From an uncultured Nitrospinota bacterium (lineage in GTDB: Bacteria > Tectomicrobia > Entotheonellia > J063 > CAVPRW01): 62,957 nt of DNA. The notes beneath the pieces were generated by a model. That model saw only the letters and a program-made list of their open reading frames with translations, did no database searches and had not been told where the DNA came from. Positions 50,940 to 62,310 of the stretch are shown in pieces. The stretch covers positions 1 through 62,957 of the forward strand of contig CAVPRW010000036.1 in the NCBI GenBank assembly GCA_963707985.1. Direction: 5' to 3'. The position numbers were made by a program, and so were the translations under genes. Positions within the stretch are counted from its first letter, which is position 1. Every line of letters starts with the position of its first letter.

Positions 50940-53487
50940 TCATCGCTGCCACAGAATTCGTGCGTCTTCCAGTGGGATCGCCACGCCGTCGCAGTGCGGG
51001 ATCACTCGCGCCGTATAGTCCGCTGGTGGGCGGGCCGCAGACACCGCCGCGCGGTACACGTAGCCGCCCGACGCGCCGCCCAGTGGGCGAACGCGCTGCA
51101 TCTCCTGCCGCACTGGAGCGCCGTCCCGGACTCCGTCGGCATAGATCTCGACCCGCACGGCCTCCGGGTCAAGGTCATCGAGATACACCTGAACCTCAAA
51201 GACGTGTTGCTCACCGTCAGTCTCGACCTTCACTTCGCCGAAGCGTAGCGCGGCCCATTTCTGGTCCAGGACATGCCGCCAATCGACCATCTGCCGGCCC
51301 ACTGCGCCTTTATCGGCAGCGCGCTCACGGTAGGCTCTCGCCGCCGGGAGGTAGTGTTGCTCGGTGTATTCGCGCACCACGCGGTTGGTGGAAAAGTGCG
51401 GTGTCAACCGTGCCATGCTTTCCCGCATCCGCGCCACCCACGCGCTGGGGATACCCTGCTCGTCGCGGGTATAGAACTCGGGGATCACCTCGCGCTCGAG
51501 CAGGTCGTAGAGCGCCTCGGCTTCGGACGCGTCCCAGGCCAGATCGTCGCCATGTTCCTGGCCATCCCCCAACGCCCACCCCACTTCCGGCGTGTAGGCT
51601 TCCGCCCACCAGCCGTCCAATTCCGAGAGATTGATGCCGCCATTGACGAGCACCTTCATGCCGCTGGTGCCGCTCGCCTCCCAGGGTCGCCGGGGCGTGT
51701 TGAGCCAGACATCCACTCCTTGCACCAGGTGCTCGGTCAGGAGCATGTCGTAGTCACTGAGGAAAATCACATGGGGGCACACCTCGGGCCGCCGAATGAA
51801 CTGCGTCCATTCCTGAATCAGGGCCTGTCCCGCCTGGTCTGCTGGATGGGCCTTGCCAGCAAGGATGAGTTGCACCGGTCGCAGCGGATGGGTGAGCAGG
51901 CGCAGCAGGCGCTCCGGGTCATGCAGCAGCAGGTTTGGTCTCTTGTAGGTCGCGAAGCGCCGCGCAAAGCCTAGTGTCAACGCATTGGGATCAAAGAGAT
52001 GCTTCGCCGCCTCAACCGTCTCGGACGACGCGCCGGAGGCGGCCAGTTGCCTGGACAATCGCTCGCGAGCGTATTCCACCAAAGACTTGCTGGCGGCGAT
52101 GCGAAATTGCCACAGGCTGGCGTCGGAGACGCGGCGAATGTCCCGCTCCAGGGCTTCCGTCGTCCCTAGCCAGCGGTCTTTTCCACAGGCTTCCGTCCAC
52201 AAATCATCGGCCGCCGCCGAGTCCCAAGTCGGCATATGGACGCCGTTGGTCACGTGTCCGACGGGCACTTCATCTGCTGGCCAGTGCGGAAAAAGCGGCT
52301 CAAAGAGATGCCGGCTCACCGTTCCATGTAGGCGGCTCACGCCATTCACGGCCCCACTGCCGCGAATCGCCAGATACGCCATATTGAAATCCTCCGCCGG
52401 GTCGTTCGGATTCTGGCGGCCCAGCGCCAGTAAATCGTAGAGCGTAATGCCGAGCTGCTGCCGGGCGTACCCACCCAGGCAGTGTTCGATAAGGGCCGGA
52501 GCGAAACGGTCAAAACCGGCGGCCACCGCCGTGTGGGTGGTGAAGAGATTGCCCGCTCGCGTCACGGCCAGTGCGACTTCGAAGGACTGCCCGGTCGCTT
52601 GCATGAAACTCCGCGCGCGTTCCAGCACGGCGAGCGCCGCATGCCCTTCATTCAGGTGGCAGACTTCCGGCTCGATGCCGAGCGCGGCGAGCAATCGCCA
52701 TCCGCCGATCCCAAGTACCAGCTCTTGCATGAGGCGCAGGTACGGCCCGCCGCCGTACAGCTCGCTGGTAATCCCCCGGTACGGTGGAAAGTTCGCCGCA
52801 TCATTACTGTCCAGCAGGTACAGCTTCACTCTGCCCACCTGAACCTGCCAGACGCGCAGCCAGATCGGGTAACCAGGCAGGTCGAGCTGTAACCGCAACC
52901 ACTCCCCGTTCGGGTGGCGCAACGGCGCGATCGGCAACTGTCCGGGATCGTTGTAGGGGAAAATGGCCTGTTGCGCGCCGTCCTTGTCGATCACCTGGCG
53001 AAAATAGCCTTGCTGGTAGAGCAACCCCACGCCGATGACCGGCACGCCCAGATCGCTAGCGGCCTTGAGCTGATCGCCGGCCACGTTGCCAAGCCCACCC
53101 GAGTAGATGGGCAAGGCTTCGCTCAACATGAATTCCATGCTGAAATACGCGATACAGGTCACGGGAGATGGCGAGTAGGTCTGCTGAAACCACGCGGGCG
53201 CCTCCGCCGCTTGCCGCTTGGCGTGCACCAGGTCATCGACACTCTTGCGGAAACCGGGATCGGCTAACACGCGCTGCGATCTGCTCCCGCGAGACCGTCT
53301 GCAGGACGCCCCAGGGGTTATGCGTGAGCTCCCACAGGACGGGATCAAGCTGCGGCCACACGTGGTCGGCGGCATGATTCCATGACCAGCGCATATCCAG
53401 GGCCAGTTCGGCCAGATCATTGAATCCCTCGACGTCCGTGGGGAGAAGATTGTAGATGGGGTGGCTGGCACGGGTGTGTTGGCTCAT
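50940..53487 (-). CDS. glgP: Alpha-glucan (glycogen) phosphorylase (frameshift near 53280)
   Basis: LAELALDMRWSWNH, AYFSMEF, YSGGLG, HLNEGH, GFARRFATYKR, EASGTSGMK. Confidence 0.93.
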
Positions 53488-53609
53488 GGTTTCTCCTCCG
53501 AATGTGTTCTGGACCAACGCTTCGACTGCATCAGTGAGGGTTCCCCGCGTGACGCCACGCTTCCTTGGCTTCGCTGACCGTCATCTGCTGAGGGTTCGCC
53601 AACGCGCCA

Positions 53610-53752
53610 CCTCTGCCGCCCTCAGGCACCGCCGCAACCGCATCGCTCTCGATGGTCTGGGCTTCCTCCACGAGGTGGCGCAGATGATCCGCTCCCCGCA
53701 TAAATTTTGTAGATATTCTCGGTCCCTGACGGACGCGCCGCAAACCATCCCG
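53610..53752 (-). pseudogene. pgm: Phosphoglucomutase C-terminal remnant
   Basis: Manual translation GWFAARPSGTENIYKIYA...DHLRHLVEEAQTI. Confidence 0.75.
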
Positions 53753-53809
53753 TAATGGTGAACAGCGGCGCTGGGTTAGGTAGCCTCATAGTAGTGAATC
53801 TCTACCGCT

Positions 53810-54075
53810 TTGAGGCAGCCGGCAACCAGAGCGATCAGAACATGGAGGATCATAGCCGTTCCTCGGGTTGGAAGCATGACGAGATCCTTTAAATCAGCAT
53901 ACACCCAATAACCAACATTCCGCACCCTCGACCTAACTCTCGGTATTGTCTTGTGTTCTTCGTTTTGATCAAGATTGATCCCCATTAGTAAAATTAAATG
54001 GTTACGACGTCAGATGCGGAATGTCGGAATAAAGCAGCATACACCCAACAAACCAGCATACACCCAACCTGAACA
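53810..54075 (-). mobile_element. Transposon left end (TGT plus three 19-bp repeats) with the first codons of a transposase
   Basis: Minus strand TGTTCAGG then three TTGGGTGTATGCTG-containing 19-mers; downstream MILHVLIALVAGCL resembles integrase-core transposase starts. Confidence 0.7.
53912..54027. mobile_element. 116-bp MITE with 13-bp IRs and 5-bp target duplication
   Basis: CCAACATTCCGCA ... TGCGGAATGTCGG (12/13 match), flanked by AATAA at 53907-53911 and 54028-54032. Confidence 0.85.
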
Positions 54076-54389
54076 ACTTCATTGAGGTAGGGACAGCCGA
54101 GATTTTCAACCATGCGGAGGGTTGTCCGGTTCTTGGGCTGACATCGGATGAGAGCCACCGATCATATGGCTGGCTGAGCCATCCGGGGATCTCCCGCGCT
54201 TTGGCACTCGCAGATGCGGTTCGAGCTGGGGCTACTCGGCCTCAGTGATGTCCGACGGTATTTTGTTGCATCACGGTAGAAGTTCTGCCATAAGCAATCC
54301 ATATGTCCTTTACGGGGTCAGCGTTCCCTCTTCGCATGGCGGACGCGCCCCACCACCCATACATACCACATGCGAAGAAAGGCAACCCT

Positions 54390-56537
54390 ATGCGCGTTTG
54401 GCCAGGCCGTCCCTCGCCGCTCGGCGCAACGTGGGATGGCAAAGGCGTGAACTTTGCGCTCTTCTCCGAGCATGCCACGAAGGTCGAACTCTGCCTGTTC
54501 GATGCGGTCGACGCCCCAACCGAGACCCATCGCATTCCCCTGCCTGAACAGACCGACCAGGTCTGGCACGCCTTCCTGCCCGAGGTCTCACCCGGACAGC
54601 TCTATGGCTATCGCGTGCACGGCCCCTACGAGCCGACGCAGGGCCACCGCTTCAACCCGCACAAGGTGGTGCTCGACCCCTATGCCAAATCGATCGGCCG
54701 CGATCTCCGATGGGCCGACGAACTGTTCGGCTATCGCCTGGGCGACCCGGAGGCGGACGTCTCCTATGATGACCGCGATAGTGCGGCGTATGCCCCCTTG
54801 GCGGTGGTCATCGATCCCGCCTTTACCTGGGGGGATGACCGGCCGCCGCGCACCCCATGGCACAAGACCATCATCTACGAGGTGCATGTCAAAGGGGTGA
54901 CCCAGTTGCACCCGGAAGTGCCCGAAAGGCTCAGCGGCACGTATGCGGGGCTGGCCTCTGAGGCGGCCATTCGGCATCTGACGAATCTTGGCGTCACCGC
55001 CGTCGAGCTGTTGCCCGTGCATCACTTCCTCAACGATCGGCAGCTCATCGACCGCGGGCTGTGCAATTACTGGGGCTATAATACCCTGGCCTACTTCGCG
55101 CCCGAGAGCCGTTACGCGGCACCGCTCATGCCGCAAGATGCCGTGCAGCAGTTCAAGATGATGGTGGCCGGCCTGCATGCCGCGGGTATCGAAGTCATCC
55201 TGGATGTGGTCTACAACCACACGGCCGAAGGCAACCAGCTCGGCCCAACCCTCTCGCTCCGCGGTATCGATAATGCGGCGTATTACAAGCTCTCGCCAGA
55301 GGACTCCCGCTACTACATGGATTACAGCGGCTGTGGCAACTCGCTCAATATGCAACACCCCCGCGTGCTCCAGCTCATCATGGACAGCCTGCGCTTCTGG
55401 GTGTTGGAGATGCATGTCGACGGGTTCCGCTTCGATTTAGCCTCGGCCCTGGCGCGGGCACTGTATGAGGTCGACCGGCTGGGGGCCTTCTTCGACATTA
55501 TTCATCAGGACCCCGTCCTCTCAGAGGTCAAACTCATCGCCGAACCGTGGGATCTCGGTCCCGGCGGCTATCAGGTGGGCAACTTCCCGATCTTGTGGAG
55601 CGAGTGGAACGGCAAGTACCGCGACACCGTACGGCAGTTCTGAAAGGGCGATGGGGCCACACTATCAGAATTTGCCACCCGCTTGAGCGGCAGTAGCGAC
55701 CTCTATCAAGATAACGGGCGTAAGCCTTCTGCCAGCATCAATTTCATCACCTGCCACGACGGCTTCACGTTGTACGATCTGGTCAGCTATAATGACAAGC
55801 ACAACGACGCGAATGGCGACAATAACCAGGACGGCACCAATGACAACCACAGTTGGAACTGTGGGGCCGAGGGACCGACCGATGACCCGGCGATCCAGGC
55901 GCTACGGGCGCAGCAGCAGCGCAACTTCCTGGCCACGCTGATCCTCTCCCAAGGCGTCCCCATGCTGCTGGCCGGGGACGAGATGGGGCGCACGCAGCAG
56001 GGCAACAATAACGCGTATTGCCAGGATAATGAGCTGGCGTGGCTCCATTGGCCGTTGACCGATGAGCAGAAGGCCTTCTACGACTTTGTGCGCACCGTGC
56101 TGCAGATCCGGCGCACCCAGCCGGTCTTTCAACGCCGCAAGTTTTTCCTGGGCCGTGCGATTTATGGCGAGGGGATCCAGGATATCTCGTGGCTTGACCC
56201 CTCCGGCCAGGACATGACGGAAGACGCGTGGAATACCGGCTATGCCCGCTGCCTTGGGGTGCGGCTCGCCGGTGATCTCATCGGGGATATGGACGAGCGT
56301 GGGGAACCGATTATCGGTGACACCATCCTGCTCCTCCTCAATGCCCATTACGAAGCGATCCCCTTCACGCTGCCACCTATCAAGGAGGGACAGCAATGGG
56401 AGCGCCTCCTCGATACCGTCGATGTGCCAGGCGAGCCCCTGCTCCTCGGCGGCGAGCAACCGTATGCGCTGCAAGGCCGCTCAATGGTCGTCCTGCGCAC
56501 GAGACCGCTGCAAGAGGAGGCACAGCACGCTCCCTGA
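54390..56537 (+). CDS. glgX: Glycogen debranching enzyme GlgX/TreX (in-frame TGA at 55641)
   Basis: [64 protein letters not shown] where FWKGD is expected. Confidence 0.92.
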
Positions 56538-56564
56538 GAACCTTGTCCTGTGCAAGAGGGACCC

Positions 56565-59500
56565 ATGCAGGACCGTATTCCAAGCATATTGGACGCCGTA
56601 GCCAAGAACATCGCTGACACGCGCCGGTTTCCTGAATCGACCTATCGTCTGCAGTTTCACGCCGGGTTCACGTTTCGGGATGCCCTGCACATCGTGCCCT
56701 ATCTGCATGGGCTGGGGATCACCCACTGCTATGCCTCGCCGTTTCTGCAAGCTCGGCCCGGGAGCACCCACGGCTATGACATTACCAGCCATCAAGCGCT
56801 CAATCCGGAAATCGGCACGCCAGCGGACTATGAGGCCCTCTGCGAGACCTTGCAGGCCCATGACATGGGACAGGTGCTGGATATTGTGCCCAATCACATG
56901 GGCATCATCGGGAACGGCAACCTGTGGTGGAACGATGTCTTGGAAAACGGTCCGGCCTCACCCTATGCGATGTTTTTTGACATTGCCTGGGATGTCTCGC
57001 CCAGAGCGGAGCTACACGACAAGGTGCTGCTCCCCATTTTGGGGGAGCTCTATGGACACGCTCTCGAATCGCAGCAAATCCGCCTGGCATACGTCGCTGG
57101 CACCTTTACGCTGCACTATTTTGAGCATGAGTCTTCCCGTCGCCCCGTGCAGCTACGAGAAGATTTTGGGCTACCGCCGTGACGAGCTCCTACGCCTCCT
57201 TGCAGACGATGAGTCCTCGTTGGGGGAATACGAGAGCATTCTAAGCGCCGTGACACACTTGCCGCGACGCAGCGACACCGATCCTGTCAGGGTTGCCGAG
57301 CGCCAACGCGAAAAAGAGGTGATCAAACGCCGTCTGGCCACGTTGACCGAGACGTGCCCGCACGTCCGGGAGTTCATCGAACAGAATGTGGCGCGCTTCA
57401 ACGGGACGCCAGGTGACCCGCACAGTTTCGATCGACTCGACGACTTGCTCAGCGATCAGGCGTACCGCCTCTCCAACTGGCGGGTGGCCTCAGACGAAAT
57501 CAATTACCGGCGGTTCTTCGATGTCAATGAGCTCGCCGCGCTGAGCATGGACAATCCGGAGGTATTTGCCGCGGTTCATACGCTCATCTTTCGCTTGCTC
57601 GATGAGGGTAAGGTACATGGTTTGCGTATTGATCATCTCGATGGGCTATACGATCCTCAGCAGTATATGCAACGCCTGCAGCAGCATGTTCTCCTGTCTC
57701 GGATGCAGGGCCTGATGGTATCTGAGCCGACCATCCATACGCTCATAGGGACACAATGGCGAGACGCGGCTGCTCCAGGCCATTGACCAGATGAGCCCGA
57801 GGGAGCAGGACCTACTGCGCCGTCCGCTCTACCTCGTGGCGGAAAAAATCCTCGGCACGGGCGAGGTCCTCGCGGACGACTGGCCCACCCACGGGACGAG
57901 CGGCTATGACTTTCTGAACGTCGTCAACGGTTTGTTTATTGACGCGGACAGCCGCCAGACCTTGACACGGTTCTATCGCGACTGGATCCAAGATTATCGC
58001 CCCTTTGCCGACGTGGTCTATGAGGCCAAGCGCCTTATCCTTCAGGTCTCACTGTCAGGCGAGTTGTATATGCTGGCGTACCAGCTCGATCGGCTGGCCC
58101 AGAAGAACCGCTGGTCGCGAGATTTTACCCTGAACAATCTGCGTCTTGCGCTCCAGGAGATCATCGCCTGTTTTCCTGTCTACCGCTCGTACATCTCAGA
58201 GACAGGCATTCACCCGAGCGACCGCATGTCCGTGGAGTGGGCAGTCGCCCGGGCCGAGCGCAAAAGCCCGACCATCAGTCGCGAACTTTTCGGCTTCGTG
58301 CAGGACGTGCTTCTGCTGGAATATCCGGCGTCGGCGAGCGAGGAGGACCGGGGCGAGCAACAACGGTTTGTCGGCAAATTCCAGCAGGTGACCTCTCCGG
58401 TCATGGCCAAGGGACGCGAAGATACCGCCTTTTATGTCTATAACTGCTTGCTGTCGCTGAACGAAGTCGGCGGCGACCACGATCGCTTCGGCATCTCCGC
58501 AGAGGAGGTGCATCGCGCCAATCAGGAGCGCCACGCGAAGTGGCCATGGGCGCTCTCTCCACTGTCCACGCACGACACCAAACGCAGCGAGGACGTCCGG
58601 GCACGGCTCAACGTCCTCTCGGAGCTGCCGGAGGAGTGGCAGGCGTGTCTGAGACGCTGGAGTGGACGCAACGAAAAGTATCGTCAGCATCTCGACGATG
58701 GGCCGGTGCCCGATGCCAACGAGGAGTACCTGCTCTACCAGACGCTTCTCGGCGCCTGGCCACTTGATCCCTACGCGGCTACAGATTATGCGGAGTTTGT
58801 CAAACGCATGCAGGCGTACATGCTCAAGGCACTGCACGAAGCGAAGCTCCACACCAGTTGGGTGAATCCCGATCGCACCTATGATGAGGCCGTGCAGCAC
58901 TACGTGGGGCAGATCCTCGATGCACAGACCAATGGGGCATTTCTGGATGACTTCCGGGCCTTCCAGCGACGGGTCAGCCATTACGGCATGTTCAACTCGC
59001 TCGCCCAGACGTTGTTGAAGATTGCTTCCCCCGGAGTCCCCGATACATACCAAGGGACAGAAATTTGGGACTTCAGCCTGGTCGACCCCGACAATCGCCG
59101 CCCCGTTGATTACACCCGCCGCTCGAGTATGCTGCAGCAGTTGCAGACCAGCGTAGCGGCCGCTGGGGAGGACCGCCGAGCGCTGGCGCAGAAGCTGCTG
59201 CGCATGAAAGAAGATGGTTCGATCAAACTGTACATCACCTGGTTGGCCTTGAACTGCCGCCGGACCCATCCTGGGCTGTTCTCGGTAGGCGATTATCTGC
59301 CGATGCAGGCCATCGGTGCCAAGAGGGAGCATGTGTTCGCCTTTGCGCGGTGCCGTGGTGCCGATGCAGCCTTGGTGATCGTCCCCAGGCTGCTCGCCCG
59401 GCTGCTGCCAGAGGAGCAGGATCTGCCGCTCGGCGAAGTGGTGTGGCAGGATACCAGAGTCCTCCTGGAGGGAGTCCACCCGCATCAGGGCTGGCGTAAT

Positions 59501-59629
59501 CTCTTTACGGGTGAGCCCATCACTTTCAGGGTCCAGGAAGATGGCCTCTCGCTGGCCATCGGAGAGGTGTTGAGGCACTTTCCGGTGGCTTTGTTGGTGG
59601 CCGGCGAAAAGAGAGGGGATGCTGCCTAG
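56565..59629 (+). CDS. treY: Malto-oligosyltrehalose synthase (frameshifted)
   Basis: STYRLQF, GSTHGYD, DIVPNHM, INYRRFFDVNEL, GLRIDHLDGL, STHDTKRSEDVRAR, SLVDPDNRRPVD; shifts near 57130 and 57740-57790. Confidence 0.92.
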
Positions 59630-59652
59630 ATTCTGTCAGCTTTTGCACCACC

Positions 59653-59788
59653 TTGGTATGACCAACCCGAACGTGTAGACTTGCATCCTCGAAAGGAGGA
59701 GGCCCCATCGTCTGCACCTGCTGTGCCTTGACCGCAACCACCGAACGCCCGGATTCTCGGGTATGAGATCCTCCGTCGGTATGACCAA
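59653..59788. promoter_or_regulatory. Two putative GntR/FadR-family operators
   Basis: TTGGTATGACCAA (59653-59665, perfect 5-3-5 palindrome) and TCGGTATGACCAA (59776-59788). Confidence 0.5.
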
Positions 59789-59908
59789 CAATTGGACAAC
59801 TAACGACGCTCAGGGGTAGGCTGGGGCCATTGAGCAATTCTTTGGCGTTCACCCCCAGAGGTAGAGCGTGGATGATGGACAGCGGCAGCAATGGGGAGGA
59901 GAGAGACG

Positions 59909-60712
59909 ATGGGGACATTCATTGCGGTGGTGGTGATTCTTGGCCTCACGATCGTGCTTTGGCGCGGCCTCCGTGCAGTGTCGGAGCGCTTCAGTGGCGA
60001 ACGAGACCAAGGTTGGGCCAATATGCTCGGCGTCGCGGCGAATGTCACGCTGGCGGTGGGCCTCGTGCTCGTAGGGCTGCTCGTCCTGTTCTCGACGTTC
60101 GTGGTGATTCCCGCCGGGCATGTCGGGGTGGCCTCGCTCTTCGGCAGCGTCCAGCCGCGCCCCTTGTCTGAGGGGCTGAATATCGTCAATCCGCTGCTGG
60201 CCGTCACGCCCATGTCGACCCAGGTCCAGAAGTACCAGGAGAAGTACGAGGCCGTGACCAAGGATCTGCAGGCAGTGCTCGTGGAGATGGTGCTGAATTA
60301 CCGTCTCCTGCCAGAAAGGGCACCTGAGGTGTACCAGAAGATCGGCGTCAATTTTGCCAATGTGATTATCCTACCGGCGGCGCAGGAGGTGTTGAAGGCG
60401 AACACCGCGCTGCACGTCGCCAACGAGATTCTTCGGCAACGGCCGAAGATCAAACTGGATGTCCAGGAGACGCTTGCCACGTGGCTGGCCAAGTACGGCG
60501 TGGAGCTGAAAGAGGCAGCTCTGGCGAATATCCGCTTCGATAAAGCCTACGAAAAAGCCATCGAGGACAAACAAATCGAGGAGCAGCGCGCCGAGCAGAA
60601 GCTCTATGAATTGACCCAGGCGCAGCGCCAGGCAGAGATCGTCGCGGCAACCGCGAAGGGCAAGGGCGATGCCGCCCGCGCGCAGGCGGAAGGGGAAGCC
60701 GACGCCCTGCGG
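59909..60712 (+). CDS. SPFH/prohibitin family membrane protein (3' end cut at the junction)
   Basis: IPAGHVGV...FG.V...LSEGL..VNP, TKDLQ.V, NIRFD..Y.KAIE.KQ, A.GEADA. Confidence 0.85.
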
Positions 60713-61386
60713 CGAGCGAGGTTGGGAAAGAGATCAGCGAGCACGCGAAGCACGCCGACCCACACGAGCGACGCGACCAGCTGATCTCCATCACCGAGGC
60801 CGTCCTCCTCTCGGTCGTGGCGCTGCTAGCGGCGTGGTCGGGCTACGCGGCCTCAAAGTGGGCGACCGAGTCGCGCGTCGAGCTCGCCACGGCGTCGAGC
60901 CTTCGGATCGAGGGGAGCCGGGCGGACGCCGACGCCTTTGAGCTGCGCAGCTACGACGCGTCCACCTTCGAGTCCTGGTTCTCCGCCTACATCGCGGGCA
61001 ACAAGCCGGCGATGCGGCTGGCGGAACGACGGTTCCGTCCCGACTTCAGGGTCGCCTTCGACGCCTGGCGGGCGACGAAGCCGGACACGAACCGCAAAGC
61101 GCCGCGGGGGCCGACGTACATGCCGCAGTACAAGCGCCCCGGTGCGACCGAGGCTCGAATCCTCGATGAGCGAGCCAAAGCAGCCTTTCGCGACGGCGAG
61201 AGGGACGGCTCGACCTCCGACAAGTACGTCAGGCTCACGGTCGTCCTGGCCAGCATCCTTTTCTTGGTCGGCATCTCGACACACTTCCCATACCGTGGCG
61301 TCCGCTACGGCCTGATCGGTCTGGGTATCGCCCTGCTCGTGCTGTCGCTCGTGCAACTGTCAGCGCTGCCGCTGCCTCCATCCTGA
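60712..61386 (+). CDS. Hypothetical membrane protein (DUF4337-like; start missing)
   Basis: Frame open from the junction: ASEVGKEISEH...EAVLLSVVALLAAWSGY...SDKYVRLTVVLASILFLVGIS. Confidence 0.65.
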   Translation, partial: ASEVGKEISEHAKHADPHERRDQLISITEAVLLSVVALLAAWSGYAASKWATESRVELATASSLRIEGSRADADAFELRSYDASTFESWFSAYIAGNKPAMRLAERRFRPDFRVAFDAWRATKPDTNRKAPRGPTYMPQYKRPGATEARILDERAKAAFRDGERDGSTSDKYVRLTVVLASILFLVGISTHFPYRGVRYGLIGLGIALLVLSLVQLSALPLPPS

Positions 61387-61423
61387 GCTCCCGCCGCCGT
61401 GAACCCTCTGGGGAGTTCGTAGG

Positions 61424-62140
61424 ATGCGTCCCGGGGTGACGCCCGGGCCTGATCGGGGAAAGGATACGTCGACGGTCGCCGGCTCTGACACAGACGACGA
61501 CGTCGTCGGCGAGCCGCGCTGGCCCATGGCCGGCGCCGTGCTCGCAGCGATCATCCTCTCGATTCTGCTGCCCGGCGCCGAGCGGTTGGGGCCGCAATGG
61601 CTGCTCCCGCTCGTCGAAGGGGTGTTGCTGGTGGCCGTGATCACAGGCGACCCGGGCAAGATCAACCGCCGCTCGCGCTGGCTGCGCGCGCTCTCGATCG
61701 TACTCGTGTCGGTGCTCGTGCTCGGGGCGCTATGGGCGACCGGGCAGTTGGTCGACGACCTCATCCATGGCGGCGCGGTGACGAACTCGGCGAGCGAGCT
61801 GCTCCAGGCCGGAACGATCGTCTGGGCGTCGAACAACATCGCGTTCGCGCTTCTCTACTGGGAGCTCGACGGCGGTGGCGCCGCAGCGCGCGCCCACAAC
61901 CTTCCAGCCGCCCACGGCTTCGCGTTTCCCCAGCAACTCAACCCAGGCATAGGGCCGGCTGACTGGCGACCGCGGTTTATCGACTATTTGTACCTGGGCT
62001 TCACCAACGCAACTGCGTTCAGCCCGACCGACGCCATGCCACTCGCCCCCTGGGCGAAGATAGCGATGGCGATTCAGGCGATCGTCTCGCTAGGGATCCT
62101 CGGGCTCGTCATCGCACGAGCCGTGAACGTGTTCACGTAA
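61424..62140 (+). CDS. DUF1345 domain membrane protein
   Basis: EPRWP, FALLYWELDGGG, FAFPQ, WRPRFIDYLYLGFTNATAFSPTDAMPL, RAVN. Confidence 0.85.
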   Translation: MRPGVTPGPDRGKDTSTVAGSDTDDDVVGEPRWPMAGAVLAAIILSILLPGAERLGPQWLLPLVEGVLLVAVITGDPGKINRRSRWLRALSIVLVSVLVLGALWATGQLVDDLIHGGAVTNSASELLQAGTIVWASNNIAFALLYWELDGGGAAARAHNLPAAHGFAFPQQLNPGIGPADWRPRFIDYLYLGFTNATAFSPTDAMPLAPWAKIAMAIQAIVSLGILGLVIARAVNVFT

Positions 62141-62310
62141 CAGATCGAGCGCCGCGGTCGGCCGTTGCGCCAGCGTTCGGGAACGTCCCCTGAGCTATTC
62201 GGCCGTCCGCGCGAGTGGCACTGGGGCAATCCTGTGCAGATGCCTCTGCGTGGGGGAGCAAGCCGTACCGGCGTGCCTCTACCCGGACGTCCGCGGCTTC
62301 CGCCGCCGGC

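Noticed and set aside
53891..54070. CRISPR array from repeated CAGCATACACCCAA
   Set aside because: Units are contiguous 19-mers without spacers; the single gap is a MITE with a TSD; no cas genes.
55641..55643. TGA recoding (Sec/Trp) in glgX
   Set aside because: A single TGG-to-TGA change; other genes in the window use TGA as a normal stop, so error or mutation is simpler.
58196..59578. 460-aa minus-strand ORF
   Set aside because: Antisense shadow of treY.
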